DNA of 64,000 nucleotides from Alphaproteobacteria bacterium (GTDB lineage Bacteria; Pseudomonadota; Alphaproteobacteria; RF32; CAG-239): NCBI GenBank assembly GCA_017543835.1, contig JAFYFJ010000020.1, positions 36,027 to 100,026 of the forward strand, read 5' to 3'. Shown piece by piece: positions 63,704 to 64,000 of this stretch (position 1 is its first letter; each line of letters starts with the position of its first letter). The notes under the pieces were generated by a model. It saw only the letters and a program-made list of their open reading frames with translations, ran no database searches and was not told where the DNA came from. The position numbers and the translations under genes were made by a program.

Positions 63704-64000
63704 ATGAGTGATTTTTCGGTTTTGGAATCAGTATTAAGACCTTTATCCTATTGGTATAATCAGGATAACTTGGAGGAGGTTGCCATCAACCGCTCCGGCC
63801 AAATATGGCTCAGAATGCGCGGCAAACGTGCGTATCCGTGGGTTATGTATAAAGATGAAAAACTTTCTAAGGAGTATTTAACGGATTTGCTCTACATCAT
63901 AGCCAACACCTATGAATTGGAGTTTGATCCGATACAAGGTTCCCCGTTTGTTTATGCAACAATACCGGGGGATCACCGTTTTTCCGCAATCTGCGGGAAA
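63704..64000 (+). CDS. virB11: T4SS ATPase VirB11, N-terminal fragment (continues beyond the window)
   Basis: Hand translation: MSDFSVLESVLRPLSYWYNQDNLEEVAINRSGQIWLRMRGKRAYPWVMY...YATIPGDHRFSAICGK. This fits the VirB11 N-terminal domain (…EI.IN.pg.vw… / LP.G.R). GGAGAAGGG RBS. Not in the ORF track because the frame is open-ended. Confidence 0.75.
   Translation, partial: MSDFSVLESVLRPLSYWYNQDNLEEVAINRSGQIWLRMRGKRAYPWVMYKDEKLSKEYLTDLLYIIANTYELEFDPIQGSPFVYATIPGDHRFSAICGK

Noticed and set aside
1-64000. tRNA, rRNA, tmRNA, integrase, transposase, toxin-antitoxin or restriction/defence genes.
   Set aside because: I scanned the intergenic regions and the ORF list by eye. No cloverleaf-like sequence, no recombinase, nuclease or methylase motifs, and no IS-like terminal repeats were recognised. 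This absence is by inspection only, not by tRNAscan or Infernal.

Overview
The window has two parts.

(1) 1-23.0 kb holds ordinary chromosomal housekeeping genes. The organism looks like an alphaproteobacterium, possibly Rickettsiales- or Holosporales-like; that is inferred from gene content and order only and cannot be verified here. Genes: trxA 3' end, tyrS, anmK, an ABC-2/GldG-type transporter, a CDF transporter, an orphan histidine kinase, a Bax-like glucosaminidase, a NifU-like protein, murJ, a lone rplQ, a small XRE-like gene, a LivK-type binding protein, uvrA-queH-LD-carboxypeptidase, and an MsbA-like exporter.

(2) 23.1-64 kb is a ~41-kb secretion/pilus supercluster.
- An R64/ICE-type type IVb pilus module lies on the minus strand at 24.2-33.1 kb, in pilL-N-O-P-Q-R-S order. 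It is accompanied by an acidic OmpA-like protein and a convergent PilT/DotB-like ATPase.
- Across a ~330-bp AT-rich control region, a contiguous VirB/Rvh-like type IV secretion locus runs divergently from 35.2 kb to the window edge.
- Its order is: three virB2 paralogs, a small secreted ORF, virB3, virB4, six Sec-signal coiled-coil proteins where virB5/virB6 would be, virB8-virB7-virB8, a virB9 fused to a SPOR domain, a 1669-aa membrane-anchored repeat protein, a 1412-aa VirB10 carrying the same repeat, and the start of virB11.

I recognised no rRNA, tRNA, CRISPR, integrase, transposase or relaxase.

The most unusual points are:
- the apparent splitting and expansion of VirB10 into two giant proteins sharing a novel ~17-20-aa DxxGNVIG-type repeat (about 2,300 repeat residues, my approximate count);
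- the absence of any polytopic VirB6, with secreted paralog families in its place;
- the VirB9-SPOR fusion;
- an identical 21-nt ATGTAACA-N3-ATGTAACA motif in front of two T4SS transcription units.

All family assignments come from reading the translations. No database search was possible.
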